DNA of 64,000 bases from Eledone cirrhosa (GCA_964016885.1 OZ024747.1:73036001-73100000), one strand, 5' to 3'. Positions 38,145 to 52,931 are shown, numbered from the stretch's first letter. The notes: a model not told the origin generated them from the sequence alone. A program made the numbers and translations.

Positions 38145-39089
38145 TTTCCCATGGTTTTCATCTGTAACACTTTTCACAAGTTTTGTGAATATTCCAGAAA
38201 CACCTTTATATTTCCGTAGCCTATTTAGTCTCCATGGCCTGGCATTATCTTCCTACCATTACCAACACTTATAATGCTCTTCTAAAGCTTCCATATATTT
38301 CTTTACTTTCCAATACTATCTTCATTTAGCAGCAACTTCACTGAACAACACTTGTCTTCACGAAAATTCGTTTTGGAGCAAGTTTGAATCTATAAGTCAA
38401 ACTTTGTCTAATGTTGCCTTATTTAGATACAGTATGTTAGAATACGATTGTTCTCCACAGTCAATATTCCCTATAGACAGCATTCTTTAACAGAAACCTT
38501 TTGTTATTAAAACTGACATTTTAAATACACTACATTAATAAAGCGACAAGAGTCTATCTTGAAAAGTCTGAACGATTTGGTGCCGCCATTACTCATACAT
38601 TCCAATTTACCTATTATTACATTTATGGATTGTCATGCTATTTAAGTCGACACTTATCTGACATGTTTCTCTGTGCAGAAGCATTTTAACGCCAGCTGCA
38701 CTGTTAGCTAAGCTTATTGGCGAATTTATAGCCATGCGATCGTTTTCTACACGATGTACTTCAGAAGCAATACAGGTTTATCTCAGTACACAGCTTATTT
38801 GTATCCTGTACTCTGTGTTCGTACTTGGATGTTATCCAACCATTTTGCTCGGAGTCTACTCCTGGGTCTCTTGCCGGTCGGTTTTGCCCATAAAATCTGT
38901 CTAGTGGTTCTTTCCTACGATATTATAACCACACACCCGTAATATCGACCTTGTCATATGGGAAAATAACCTTCCATAATTCTTATTTCTTTAATAGAAA
39001 GCAGAAAACAAAATTAGTCTCACACATTGCTAAGCCGATGTGCTGACATTTATGGTACTACCGGTATTTAATATATTAGCCAAGGCTGT

Positions 39090-39385
39090 GCATGTATGGT
39101 CGTAAGGGTACCCTATTAACACACGGCGTTTCTAAGGTATTTATCAAACCTGGTGGAGCCTATTTCCCCTCCACGTCTGAATACAGAAGATTTCTTTCAG
39201 AAAAGGATAGAGAATGAGAGAAAATGGCAGTGAGAAAGAGATACAGAGAAAGAATCGATCCCAGTACTAGACTACAATGGGTGGAAGGCAAAGTTGACCA
39301 TGGTGGGTTTTGAACTCAGAAAGCCGGAACAAATACCACAAAGTATTCTATCCGACGCTCTAACGACTATGTCAATTCTCCACCT
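39090..39385 (-). mobile_element. SINE family 1
   Basis: Homologous head, core and tail. Partial copies at 37815-37950 (-), 54172-54300 (+), 58280-58495 (+) and 60060-60232 (+). Confidence 0.8.
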
Positions 39386-41514
39386 TAGCCCAGGTGGTAT
39401 GAGCTTAAAAATGATTGTGATAGTATGAAATTGAGGACCGTGAGTAACGGCAGGAGAAAACATAAATGTTCATGTCACCCTCCACCACGCTCACCCCTCT
39501 AACCCCTCTCTTCCCTCCCCCACTCTCTCCACATCTCTTCCCCCACTCCACCCACTCTCATCCCTCTAACCCCTCTCACCCATCCCCCCACTCTCTCCCT
39601 CTCCCACGACCCTTGCCCCATCTGAACAAGAAATTGATAAACAGTTATATTTTGACGGCTAACAATTTATTGTGTACATTATTTCGATTTTTATTCAAAC
39701 GAAAGAGTCGGTTGATAGTGGATAGATATAAAATCTCCTATAATAGATTTTATTGGAAATGGCTCATTGACTAACAATATGATTGTTTATGAGATACAGA
39801 AGTGATAATTGGTGAGCGTGCTTTAAATAGTAATTTGAATAGTTTAGACTGAAGTCGTAGATTATCATTAGGATTTCTATGCCAAGAATTCAGTTTCTAG
39901 TTCTCTTTGGAATTATTACAAACTGCAATGTATTAGTAGAATACCTTATCTTGCTAATGTTAAGTGACTGGGGAAAAATTTGGTGGAGATAATAGTAAAC
40001 TTCAAATAACAGAAACAAATTACAATTTTAGGAGATGAAAATTTTACTTATAATTTATTGTTGATATAACTATAAACTGGTTTAACATACAGAAACAGAA
40101 AGCAGCATTGGAAAGGACTATAAATGCCATACATGAGAAGAAAGTAGGGGGGGGGGGGGGGAGATGAAGGACTACTAGAAAATGGAAGAAAGAAAGGAGG
40201 AAGGGGAGAGGGTGGCACTCTACATAGCTCAGAGTGGTGATGAAATATATATTAATAAGCAACCCAATCGGCAGTTATGTGGTTCAAGTCAGTTGGCAAC
40301 CCTGTCCTTTCTCTTTGACATTTACCTGTATATCATCTAGTATTATTCAATATATTAGGGAATTGATTTATGTCTTGCTAAAAAGAGATCAATATTTCTG
40401 TTATGTAAAATTGATATTTTGGTTGACTAAACCTGTTGTCTAGTTGTAAATTTCGTCACAAGACAATTTTACATTTCCCAACCATATGGAGATTTAGGAG
40501 CTTTCAATCCAAGTAACGAGTCACCACGAATCGCGGCTTGGTTCGGCGGGTGTCATGAGCGCAGGTTTGCGTTTGGTTTAGGGTGTTTGGTTTAGGGTCA
40601 TTGCGGTGCTTACATGTCCATGATAACACCTTGAGAGCTTGACATCACATTTAACCCCTCATTAAAATGTACCAGTAACATACAAGATCAACGCAATATA
40701 CACTAACAGAAAATAGTTTGTAGTAGTAACACTGAATTAGGTAATTTATCGGTTGACAGGAGTTTTAATTTGGCACTTCAAGCTTTTACAACCAACTCTA
40801 GTATCACATTACTATTTTAATGATAAATTATTTGCTGAATTGTCTTTGGGGGATTTTCTAGAGACGCCTCTCTTTCTACAATGTATTTCAGACTAAACAA
40901 ACTATGGGGAAGATTCGAGTTCAGAAATACAGATAATGAGACAGCTTTAGAGTATTTCAACTATTTAAAGGGTTGATGTGTATATTTCTTTTTCAGGACT
41001 CTATTCCATTTCATTAAAGTTAGTCCACAATTCAGGAGACGTTCTTTGTTTAACACTAACCAACTCGATTTTACCACAACAAGGCCAGTAGCTCCACTAA
41101 ATCTAATATTATCTAACTACATCCTAATTAATTTGTGAAATGTATGGCATTTCCAATGCTCTGCCAACAAGATTACACTCTTATCTCTGTGATTTAAAAT
41201 AAAAGCCGGTGGTATATTAAATCTTCCCAAAGCATTTCCAATCACAATTAATCTGTTTGAGCATAAAATGCTGTAAGCTGAGAAAATCTGCGCTCTCACA
41301 ATTAACCGTTCATTATTTATATATTTTCTGGAAAAATAAATTTCAAATGAAAATGACAAAAGAGAGTGATAATTATCAGTATTTATCGCTTGTGTTAATG
41401 TTTCTGTTATTAACAGATACACAGGACCAGCGCAAAATCATTTGGTGACAGACACACCAAAGTAACGGTGACAGAAAGCGAACAACTGTGTTTTTAGCCC
41501 TCAGGATATTACTT

Positions 41515-41720
41515 TATAGTCTTCCAGCGTTATTGGCCCCTCGGACCACATCCCTGCTCATTGCTATCGAAGCGGAGTTGGCTGCCCGCAAATATGAACC
41601 CCACGAAATGGAGTGGTTGTTCAAGAATATCTCCCTCGCCGTACTCCGGGGCAATGTATTCTCTATCCTGTCGGCTCGGACCACGAGGCGGACGACATAC
41701 AAGGGTAGGAGTAGGATGGC
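41515..41720 (+). mobile_element. CRE-clade non-LTR retrotransposon 3' end
   Basis: EPHEMEWLFKNISLAVLRGNVFSIL resembles the CRE C-terminal F.QR.S.A..RGN motif. Confidence 0.6.
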
Positions 41721-43973
41721 AGTCTTCAGACGAAAGGGTTAATAATGCTGACAGACAGACACACATACTTGCACACACACACAGGGATGTCTTTAATGCA
41801 GTGAAAGTTGAACAAGTAATTAGAAACTTTTATACACCAGCTATCACTAGAGATAATATATTTCGATTAAACAACAACATATACAATACAAATGATATTT
41901 TTAGAAATGATCTGAATATTATCCAAGACAATGAATTTCCCTTCTACTATATTAAAACATATAAACTGAAAAAAGACAATTATCAAACTTACATTAATAA
42001 CCATGCTATATACATTATGGTAGTAAGAAATGTGATACTATAAAATAGTTATTCCGTAGACGACTTGTATAATTATAAACTACATAATAAAGAAAGAAAA
42101 ACACATTTACATATTATTTCCTTGAAATAGGCCATCCAATTTAATGATGGGGGAAGTGAAGTTCATCCTTATTTCACACCTTAGGGTAAATCTATTGAGT
42201 GGAGATGACACCATTACAATTTACCTACATCGTATATCTCCCTATTGATCAAATCACCATTTCCTTACTTCCTCTAAATTACAACATTATGTAAAGGGTC
42301 GGACGCCATGCTTTCCAGCATAGTTACGTCCCTTTACGATCTGAGTTCAAATCCCGCCGAGGTTGACTTTGCCTTTCATCCTTACGGGGTCGATAAAATA
42401 AAGTACCAGTAATGCACTGGGTGATTGCTGGCCTTGTGCCTAAAGTAGAAACAATTATGTAAAGTATGACATTTTGCAGTATTCTTTTCTTTTCAATTCA
42501 AATCATCGGAAATTAAACGTTTCATGAATATACAATGTTATTTCTAATCGAAACAGGGCTATGCCTATTTTACTTCAACCTCCAAACATATAAACGTTAA
42601 ACCAATAAACCTTAATCATATTTATTATGTTTTATGATTTTTGTTTCATAAACTACGTTGCATGAAATCTTGGCATTAGAAAGTTGGTCTTCAGCCAGTT
42701 TTATGACGTTATATAAACCATTTGACTGACCTCAATAACATATTGCTTGCATGGCTTGCTTTCCTGAATAGCACCAATAATTTGTAGAAAAACTCAGTAT
42801 TGGCTTCGCTGTAGAGTAAATCGGGAATTACTGTACAGAACCATATAATTTCAACTTTGATTATTTATTGCAACACTCACATTGGATTTTACCAAGAAAC
42901 GACAAACCTCAAATTTTATTTCTGAATCGACCTCCTCAAAAGATAAAAATAGATACAATATTTACAAGGGATCTGCCTAAAAGCGTTCCGGAAAGTGGAT
43001 ACTCTTTTTTCTAAGATACATCTAATCACATCATTAATCAAAGCTAATTACATTGAATATTACAATGGAAAAGAGTGAAAAAATTGATTATATAAAAAAT
43101 CTTAAGTAACCTACGTTACAGATTTAAACAGTTTCTTCGCATCATTGCTATACTGAAGCCTCCAAGTTAATGATATTTGCTATCTAATTTTATTCCCAAA
43201 TTAATATTTCAACTATGACAAATGGGTGCTCAACAGCGCAAATTTCTCTTCTCGAATCAATAAATTTCAATTTCCAATTCTAATTATAAATGTTTTCTTT
43301 ATAGCACGGGACATGGCAATGAACCAATGCATTTTCTCTAAAGAATGAAAGCAATTTTTAGTTGGATCTGTTGCCACCAGCTTATAATATCTGCTGAACG
43401 TAAGATGTGCGATTGTGTCTAGATTTTAACTACTTTTGGCAAAATTTATATATAAAAAAAAAATCAACGTTATTAATTGCATTTGCGTATCTGAAGAATA
43501 AAAAAAAATCGAAAAAACATTTTATGGTAAAATGTTCGCATTGAACCCTCTTTAAAATAATTAAATTTCTATTAACTTTCAACACATGAATTTCCTTAAA
43601 AAACAATAAAATGTAACGAAAAGAAATAAATCAACTATTAATTGATGTTTCATGATACCCAAATCAAAAACGATAATTACAATCTAATAATAAATGCTAT
43701 GTTCACCTCATTTGTTCAATTAACATGGGAAATATATTTAATTAAACAGTTAAGTTAGCACAATGCCAATAAGAGAAAGATAGAATGTTGCTAATTAAGC
43801 TCTTATGGAATAATTCAACAAAAGGAACACGGTTTTCAACATTTTCTTCACTCACCTCTCAGGTAATATTAACGAAAGTGCTCAGATAAAATTATAAAAT
43901 TTCTTGCAATTTTTTTACCCACTGAAGTAGTATAGATGGCACAATAGATGACCATGAAACGATGATGATGATA

Positions 43974-44046
<73 letters not shown>

Positions 44047-44054
44047 AATAGCTC

Positions 44055-44520
44055 TCCGGGGCTTAGCTTTACTCTTTCTTAAATTCCCCCCGGACATCAC
44101 TCATAACCAGTCGGTTCTCACTGCCTAGTATACTGAAATAATTGTAAGGTTCTCTGTTCAGAACACTATTCCGCCATTTCCTCCTCCCCAGAATGAAATC
44201 AATTTGGAACTTGGTCATGTGCTTATCAGAGGTGTAGGTTCACATCTTCCCCGGCTTCTTCCTAAACCTTAGGCTGGTTGCCTCCAGAAGGGTATCCCTC
44301 AGTAGTCTTTTGTTTCGGTTGGTGTTGCCACGGAAGTATCAGCAGGGATCGCAACAGCCCTCCTTACTCAGATGTGCATTGAAGACACCAAGAACAAGCA
44401 TGATGATGTGAACTCGTGTGGTGTTGTCAGCTCTACACACTTCCTCATGGAACAAAACGTGGAATATGATTGAGTAGGGCGATGTTATGGGAAATATCTA
44501 CACCACTGAGTTGTTTCCCC
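44055..44520 (-). mobile_element. Degenerate RTE-clade APE endonuclease fragment
   Basis: Minus-strand translation gives LVLGVFNAHL, NTNRN, FRKKPGKM*TY, QIDFILGRRKWRNSV and LGSENRLV (the SDH motif position). Confidence 0.75.
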
Positions 44521-44729
44521 TTTGTAGAATATCATAGATATCTTAACATTAGACTGTGAAACATCTAACATCAGAGCAGTAATGTCAATGAAAGCTCATT
44601 CAAATGTATGTTGGTGCAAAATGAAAGGAGGTGCAGTAAGTCACTTATTTCAGAAGGATGAAACTCCTTTTCTGAATCATGTAAACATAACATTACTTTT
44701 CTAAACAGACAGTAAATTTCCTATTAAGA

Positions 44730-45350
44730 TATGAAGCTTAGATTTGGGAGGGAAAAAGTGTCAGAGCCATATATGAGAATATCGAAATATACATGACAAA
44801 ACAGTGGAACTAAAAAAAATATGAATTATGGATGAGGCATTAAGGAAAATTGAAACTCAGGCACATAAGAGGTTGCAAGCAATTCAGATTCAGCATGAAG
44901 CTATGAACGAGTGAATTAAGAAAGAGTAGACACGTATTCATAGTAAACTTCATTACAGTACTTTTAGTGTTATATATAAGTTAAAATCCTAAATTGAAGG
45001 ATGATCTTAAGATTGGATAATAGTATTAGGAATCTGTTGGTAGTTTATAGAACACTCCAGTCAAACTGAATGATGACACCGGCTTTACGAGAAGAGAATT
45101 CGTAGAGGAGTTGCATACATAGAACCTAATTACAAAACAACAATAATTGGATTGGAAAAGTATATCCGAGAGAAGAAAAGGAAACAACCCAGCAAAGACT
45201 TCATCACACAGACTGAAAACACTTCATCTACAAACAGCTACTAACCCTACCAAGCTCGATTGGAAATCACAGTGAAACAACTCTCCAACATCTGAGACAG
45301 TGCTGCTACTACACATACTCACATCCCCCCCAGACCACGTGACTGATAAC
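44730..45350 (+). mobile_element. Highly degenerate R4/Dong-like fragment
   Basis: RLYEKRIRRGVAYIEPNYKTTIIG resembles the RLY..R..GGRGL motif. Confidence 0.45.
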
Positions 45351-46494
45351 TATGAAGTTGTTCACCAACACTCTCCACCCATGGCCCACAGTCGTACTGT
45401 ATCCTCACTCTGTCTTTTCTACATCAACCGCGTCAATCTCATCAGTCTTGGATGAACTCTGAAAGCCATGAGCATCACAGACTCCTCCTCCTCCAGACCA
45501 AACCATTAAAACAGGAAACAAGTACATAACCAACAAGTAAAAATGGAAGCTTATTAACAGCTCTTGTTTCTTGTGCTGTTGGGGTTCCACTTACCCTCCT
45601 CACCACGCAGGGTTTGGTGGAGGAGCCGGTTTAGTCACGAACCACTGAACCATGAAGCAGGTTGAGGACATGTCAACTCTCCCCGTCCGACGAAGAATCT
45701 CCCACACATTTTGGGGTGGGTGAGAGATCTCTTCTCTTGTGAAAATGGGTATACTTTTCATTATGTAAAATCTCCCAATTTTGCCTCATTTCTTCCCGTT
45801 TTAGGGCACTTTTTTTCATGGTACTCCTCGTTTGGGTTTTCAGAGGTTGGCTGGTCTGAGGTCATACTGGGATACCAGTAACAGGCAAAATCCTGATCTG
45901 ACCTTAGCATTAATAAACCATCATATCTTGGTGTGTGGTCGAGTGGATACATACTTTTGGTAGCAACAGCAATGTGAAATATATAGGATAACTTTCCTGA
46001 ATGCATAAGATATCTCTGATGGTATAGAATATCTATTAGGATATTTCATTTATCAAGTTGCCAATGCTTGGTTCTGAAGCTTACATCGTGATTACAATAA
46101 TGATTAATTGACTATCCAAAATATTTCGACAGTAGTATTCCAATGTTTCGTCTTAATCTGTTGATCTGGCCTCTCCGACACAGACATATTGTAATTTGTA
46201 ACCAACATTTCACGTGTTCATCATCTGAAAAACACATCAAGTCAATAAACGAATAATACAGAAGAATCTAAACAATTCTTCACGTACCGTCCTTTGAATT
46301 CAAAGAAATATATTCCGAGCACATAACGTGAAAATTTCCCCGCAGATACTCTCTACGTCCCCCCTCTCTCTACGTCCCTCCTCTCTCCTCCCCTTTCTCT
46401 TCTACCCCTCTCACTTCCTACCTATCTCAGTGCCTGGGTTTTTTTTTGTGTATGTGTATGTGTATGTGTATGTGTGTATGCATGTATGTATGTG

Positions 46495-46565
<71 letters not shown>

Positions 46566-46789
46566 CGCAGATTAACAGTGAAGCAATGATACGAACTGAT
46601 AGAAGGATAGGAATGAAGATTTTGTGAGAATTCTGTGATTGTGTTCAGGAATATGGGAGAGACTGGAATGTTGACAGCTTTATCTTTTAGTCTGGAGGGG
46701 AGGAACCGTGTCCAAGACTTTTACAGTTACTCCGAGACTGAGGGGACAGATGCCTCTGATTACGTCCCTCAGTATTTACAGGAGGATGT

Positions 46790-47020
46790 TGTAGTGGTGA
46801 TGTTGGGGTGGTGATGGTGGTGGTGGTGGTGGTGGTGGTGGTGCTGTTGGTGGTGGTGGTGGTGGTGATGATGTTGGGGTGGTGATGGTGGTGGTGGTAG
46901 TGGTGGTGGTGGTGATGTTGGGGTGGTGATGTTGGGGTGGTGATAGTGGTGGTGGTGGTGGTGTTGGTGGTGGTGGTGTTGGGGTGTTGATGGTGGTGGT
47001 GGTAGTGGTGGTGATGGTGG
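46790..47020. repeat. (GGT)n-rich low-complexity tract
   Basis: Direct reading. Confidence 0.9.
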
Positions 47021-48338
47021 ATACGTGTAAATGTTTTCACTACAAATACTCAAGGACCAGGTAGGGGTTATTGTGGACAGAAAAGAACCAGGTGGTTTTA
47101 CCAGGTGGTGCTACTAAGCACCCAAGTAACAGTTGCTGTTACTATGGATAAAAAAGATGTGTGCTGGTGGTGGTGGTGATGGTTGTGTTGGTGCAGTCTA
47201 CGTCTGAAGAGAGAAAAGGACGTGCGGTGTTACTATGGTGGTGTTACTATGGTAGTGTTTCTATTGTGGTGTTACTATGATGGGGTTGACACCAAGTGGG
47301 GTTACTAAGGGCCCAAGGACCAGCTGGTGTTATTGTTCCCTAGTTACATATCATCTGTGATACAGATGAATAGATAGATCTATTATCAAAGGTATTCCAG
47401 CCAAAGGTATATCCATTATGGCCTTACTTCACACCAAATAGTCGAGTCTGCTAACTGAGGGTTCAGGTGGGGAGGAGATATTCAGTATGATAATAAAGTT
47501 TAATACTTTGTTCAATTTTTGAGCTTATCTAAACAGTCTTCAATCCACGAAGATGTCTTACACAGTTTTGTTTTGTGTGAAAATAAAGTAGAATAATACT
47601 GAGGAAGTCATTGATTATTTTCAGATAAACAAATTTCTTACAGACTATTAACTCTAGTATGTTATTTATGTGTGTAGTAAGGAATATACGTCTATAAATA
47701 CCTGGTTGTGCTTCGTGTTTCCCGTTTGTAAACTGATGTGAGGATTTCTTCTTTCATCAGTATTCATAACATCCTACTATCTAGAAAAGCCTGGTTAGTA
47801 TTTCTCAAAAGATTTACTAGGACATTCTTGCGTGATATTCAGAACAATGTGAGAATAAAATCCAACCCTGGAGCTGGTTTTAACGCAATAAATAGAATGA
47901 TTTTACTATATCACTTTCGGTGATAGTTATGTAGGTGAGAGAATTGTTCGTATTAATTTCTGTAGGCCGACAGAAGACTTTCTCGCATTTCTTTTGGCAA
48001 TATTGCATATCTATTATGTATAATTAGTATATGATCCACTCTGATGCTGCAAAGATCTGACCTGAGATTTTGTTACCATACAATACACCAAGACCGCTAT
48101 AGGCTTAGTTTAATTCTTTATACCACCGCAAGTTCTTTAAGAGATTGTTCTCTCTGAGAAACCGTTGAAGTTCCTTCTATAATGTTTCATGTTTTTAGTA
48201 AGCAGTCGGATATATCAATATAGGCGGATTAGTCGGATTTGCTACATCTGTGGATTGGTAATATAAATAAAAATGTTGTATCATAGAACACCACCAGACA
48301 AACTGGAGATCAATACCACTGAAAATATATGAGGGAAA

Positions 48339-48395
<57 letters not shown>

Positions 48396-48401
<6 letters not shown>

Positions 48402-48697
48402 TAAAAGGAATTCCAACTTTGTCTGATTTATTCGTTTTATTTACAATCCTTTAATATTTATAATGGTATTAGAATGAAATAGTATGGTAGAATATTAAAT
48501 GTTAAGTGTTAATTGAACAAGTACTTTCATGCTTTCGCTATCTTCAGGTTCATAATGTGTGGTGACAGTCAAGTTTGCAATTTTCAACTGATTTAAAGGA
48601 TTGTAAATAAAACGAGTAAATCAGACAAAGTTGGAATTCCTTTTATTAATATAATCTTCTATACACAATCATACACACCCGTGTATATTTATCTATT
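48396..48697. mobile_element. Family-C fold-back: inverted pLTR arm (hammerhead at 48514-48552, minus strand) plus short direct arm (48592-48652) plus tail
   Basis: 48396-48456 is the reverse complement of 48592-48652. (TA)n lies on the left. Confidence 0.8.
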
Positions 48698-49688
48698 TCG
48701 CTGACCGAGCTGCAGTCCTGGGTCAAGCAAAGACCGAGAAAAATGGGCGACTGGCACATCGAATGTGCCCAGGCGCTCACAGCCCTCTGGCAGGCGGACC
48801 CGGCGATCAGTGGAGACTCCACTTCGTCATTCTATAGAGGGTTGGTCCGCAGCAAGTGCGACGACGCGCTCGGTGGAACTCTGGGCGTAGAGGAAGACGA
48901 ACTGGCCAGTCTGTTCGGTAGGACCTTCCGCCCGGGACCGATGGACAACTTCCAAAAGTCCCTGGCCTGGCAGTGTTACCGAGGAGCTCTGCAAGTTCGA
49001 GACAAGCTCTACAGACATTGGCTCCCGAGCAGGGACCCTGCAAAAAAGATCTGTCCGAGGTGCGTGCGAGACGAAGAAACCGTCGCGCACGCATTCATAC
49101 ACTGCCCGGGCGTCACCGACCTGTGGGGCTATGAAGAACGACTATTGTCGCGGGTGGGACCAATCCGGTTGACCACCAAGTCCATTGTCATGATCAAACC
49201 GCCACCCTCCTTCAAAAACGAAGGAGAGGCGGTTTTCCTTTGTGTGATAGCTATGGCGAAAGAGGTTGTAGGGTGGACAAGGTTGAAAGGGCTGAGATCA
49301 GGCACCTTTCTCTCCGGCCAACAACTGATTCTTTTTTTCAAGTACCACTTTGGAAGAAGAATCAGGATGGAGAGAGAGGTGATGTACCCCAGGAAGTTTT
49401 ATGAAAGGTGGGTGAAAGTGGCGAGAATGGCCCGAGTGAATGGGCTTTCTCTCTATATCAGCCTGTAGGTTGAGGAAAAGGAGTACAAACTCTTCGTACT
49501 CCTGGAGATGAGGGTTGCACATTTTTTTTCGGGGGTATGTTACTCATATGTAATGTCTCCTCCTATTGGGGAAAATCGACTAATTTTTAAATTGCATTTG
49601 TGATAATATTGTACACGTTTTTATTGTATGTAAACTTCCCCCTTTGTATTTGTCCCCTTCTTTTGTGCCCCTGTGGCTAATAAAGAAA

Positions 49689-49690
<2 letters not shown>
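48698..49690 (+). mobile_element. 5'-truncated Tx1/L1-clade non-LTR retrotransposon (ORF2 C-terminus, zf-RVT, to 49468) plus 3' UTR ending at (TC)n
   Basis: Open, GC-richer frame with LAWQCYRGALQVRDKL and CPRC...ETVAHAFIHC...W. AATAAA precedes the (TC)n run. Confidence 0.85.
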
Positions 49691-49779
<89 letters not shown>

Positions 49780-49811
49780 ACTTTCACTACACACACACAC
49801 ACATATATATA

Positions 49812-50101
49812 TACACAAAAACAAGATGGCGTAGGACAGAACAAAGGAGGGGCACAAAACAAAGAAAAGAATCCCCGGTCACTGATGAGGTCACAGAATG
49901 TGTGACGAAAGAACTTTGACAATATATGAACAACCGTCCGGTTGTGGAACCAACCAATCAACCAACCGGAAATTTATAAATTTTTTTAAAATTTATATTT
50001 TAATTTTTTTAAATTTATAATTTAATTTATAATAAATTGGAGTGAAAGCAACTTGTGCGTGTGTTTCTTATTGGCAGCATGACCCTCCCAAAGTATAACA
50101 A
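49812..50101 (+). mobile_element. Solo pLTR (family A) in microsatellite
   Basis: Colinear with about 13345-13607 and flanked by (CA)n/(TA)n. Confidence 0.9.
49878..49920 (+). ncRNA. Minimal hammerhead ribozyme (family A) with canonical CUGAUGA core
   Basis: GTCA-CTGATGA-G-GTCAC-agaatgt-GTGAC-GAAA-GAAC-TT-TGAC. Confidence 0.88.
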
Positions 50102-50698
50102 TATATATATATATACATATATGCATATATATATATATATATATATACATGCATGCATACATTCGCCTATATCTCTATACACACATGCTTGCGCCTTCTC
50201 TCGCACGGACACATAGAAAACATGCATACATATACACATGATTGCTGTTTGCTATTGTCTAAATAACAATAAATTCATTTTCAAGTTTATATTTATTAAT
50301 ATACGATATTCTGCTGTCAGTCTATTTGTGACTGTAGGGGAAACAATATAGGTCCCCTTACTGTCTAAAGGTGTACTGAATAGGGTTATTTGTGTTCTGA
50401 TTAATTTGACAAACTACTCAAGTTTATTGGTAGTAATTATTTTAGGATCACCCCAAAGGATATCAGAGTCATGTCACTAACAAACCGTTCCGATGCAATT
50501 ATTATCATCTCGGCACTGGTATGTGCATACCAGTATGGTCAGGCATAGAAAACGTATATCTGCAGATATATGTGTATGTATACGTGTGTTTTTATGTATA
50601 CACATAAACACGCATATATATATATATGTCTATCTCTCTCTCTCTATATATATATATATGAGTATATATATATATATGTAAATGTATGTCTGCGTGTA

Positions 50699-50741
<43 letters not shown>

Positions 50742-50834
50742 TTACGCACACACACAGACACACAAACACTGCAGGCATTTGACATTTGCATTTAGATGCA
50801 TTTAATCAAATATGTGTATGTATATATGCATGTG

Positions 50835-50892
<58 letters not shown>

Positions 50893-51361
50893 CAATAATG
50901 CATAAATATATGTAGGCATAATGTTTTATGAACATACATGTCTAAGAATGCGAGGAGGCAATACGTTATTTTTGTGTACATGCATACAATCAAACATCCA
51001 TATACATACATTTATCAGAGCGCTGATATACACCCTAATAATCACGAAATACATATATATATATATATATATATATACATATCAGAGCGTTGAACTCACA
51101 GTCGAAAGTGTTGGGAGTTCGACCGGGCGGTCCGTTGTGTTCTTGACCAAGACAGTTTATTTCACGTTGCTCCAGTTTACTCAGCTGGATAAATGAGTTG
51201 TGACGTCACTGGTGTCAAGCTGTATCAGCCATTGCCTTTACCTTGGACAACATCGGTGTCGTGGAGAGGGAGACAGGTGTACAAACAACCTTGTCTACGC
51301 TTGTGCCCCGGAGGTGAACTTTCTAGGCGTAAGCCCAGGGTCATTCGTGACCGGAGGGGAG

Positions 51362-51590
51362 TAGGGTTAGCTGGACATGGTCACCGACATCCAGAGTTGA
51401 CACTGCACTCAGTGCTCCTGTGGGAGCCCCTGCATGGACACACTGGAAGAGGAAGACCGAGGTTAACATATGTTGATGCCCTAAAGACAGACACTGATCT
51501 CTTTGTGACGTAGGACATGGCAGCGATAATGAGGGACAGAGACCGCAGGAGAGAATCCGTCCATGGATCTCGGGAATTTTACTCGCCCTA
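51362..51590 (+). mobile_element. RTE LINE 3' end fragment
   Basis: GLAGHGHRHPELTLHSVLLWEPLHGHTGRGRPRLTYVDALKTDT...MRDRD. Confidence 0.75.
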
Positions 51591-51625
<35 letters not shown>

Positions 51626-51792
51626 CTCAACTCACCTCCCCAATTTCTCTAATACCCCGTCCGTTATCACACCCCTAGATTCCTATCGCTTTCTCTTTGC
51701 TCATAGCTCCGTACTTACATGCACACACACACACACACACTCTTTTACTCACATATACGCAGACATTTCTTCTTAGCTTCGTACGAACCTAT

Positions 51793-51831
<39 letters not shown>

Positions 51832-51881
51832 CACACACACACGCACACACACACACACGCACACACACACACACACACACG

Positions 51882-51981
<100 letters not shown>

Positions 51982-51999
51982 CACACACACACACGCACG

Positions 52000-52081
<82 letters not shown>

Positions 52082-52304
52082 TACACAGTTACGCACGTGC
52101 TCACTTACGCACGTTTTTTTTTCCATTTCAGGTTGACGCGCGCCATCATCATCCACTTTTCTAAAAAACAAATCATACACAAAACGCCAGCACCAACAGT
52201 TTTGCAAGAGATGTCAACATGAATGGACCTATTTTTTTTCTCTAAAGACATTTTTTCCAATTCCATCCCGCCCGTCCCCTTAATTTATTTTATTTCTCAC
52301 TCTT

Positions 52305-52340
52305 TCCTCTGATGAAGGACTAGCGTCCGAAACGTTAAGA
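52305..52340 (+). ncRNA. Minimal hammerhead motif (family B) in a pLTR-like module (about 52285-52430) ending in (TA)n
   Basis: CTGATGA-A-GGAC-tagc-GTCC-GAAA-CG-TT-AAGA, with palindromic ACGT stem III and a GUU triplet. Confidence 0.8.
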
Positions 52341-52460
52341 CCCTCTTCCTGCTATATCAAGCGTTAACCTAATATATCTCTTCCATATACTGTACCGATT
52401 GTGTTATTTCTGTTTACCTTTTGCATACATATATATATATACAGTATATATATATATACA

Positions 52461-52528
<68 letters not shown>

Positions 52529-52534
<6 letters not shown>

Positions 52535-52931
52535 ATACTTTGGGAGGGTCATGTTGCCAATAAGAAACACACGCACCAGTCGCTTTAACTCCAATCTATT
52601 ATAAATGAAAAAAAAAATTTTTTTAATTTTTTTATAAATTTCCGGTTGGTTGGTTGGTTCCACAACCGGATGGTTGTTCATATATTGTCAAAGTTCTTTC
52701 GTCACACATTCTGTGACCTCTTCAGTGACTGGGGATTCTTTTCTTTGTTTTCTACCTCTCCTTTGTTCTGTGCTACGCTTCTTTGTGTGTGTGTTGTGTG
52801 CTTAGTTTGCGCATGTGTTACATCCGGGTGTCGGTGTGTTTCTTATTGGCAACATGACCCTCCCAAAGTATAGCAATATCGGTTTCAACACACGTTTTCA
52901 GATAAAGAATCTTGCTAAACAATTTCAGAAA

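Noticed and set aside
40585-40600. TTAGGG telomeric or interstitial telomeric repeat
   Set aside because: Only two separated units, which is expected by chance.
45405-45450. CTGATGA...GAAA on the minus strand as a hammerhead
   Set aside because: Extra bases precede GAAA, and there is no UH triplet or stem I. Other isolated CTGANGA hits (about 800, 8690, 24869, 43490) were rejected the same way.
46687-47053. His/Pro/Thr-rich protein
   Set aside because: Translation of a (GGT)n low-complexity tract.
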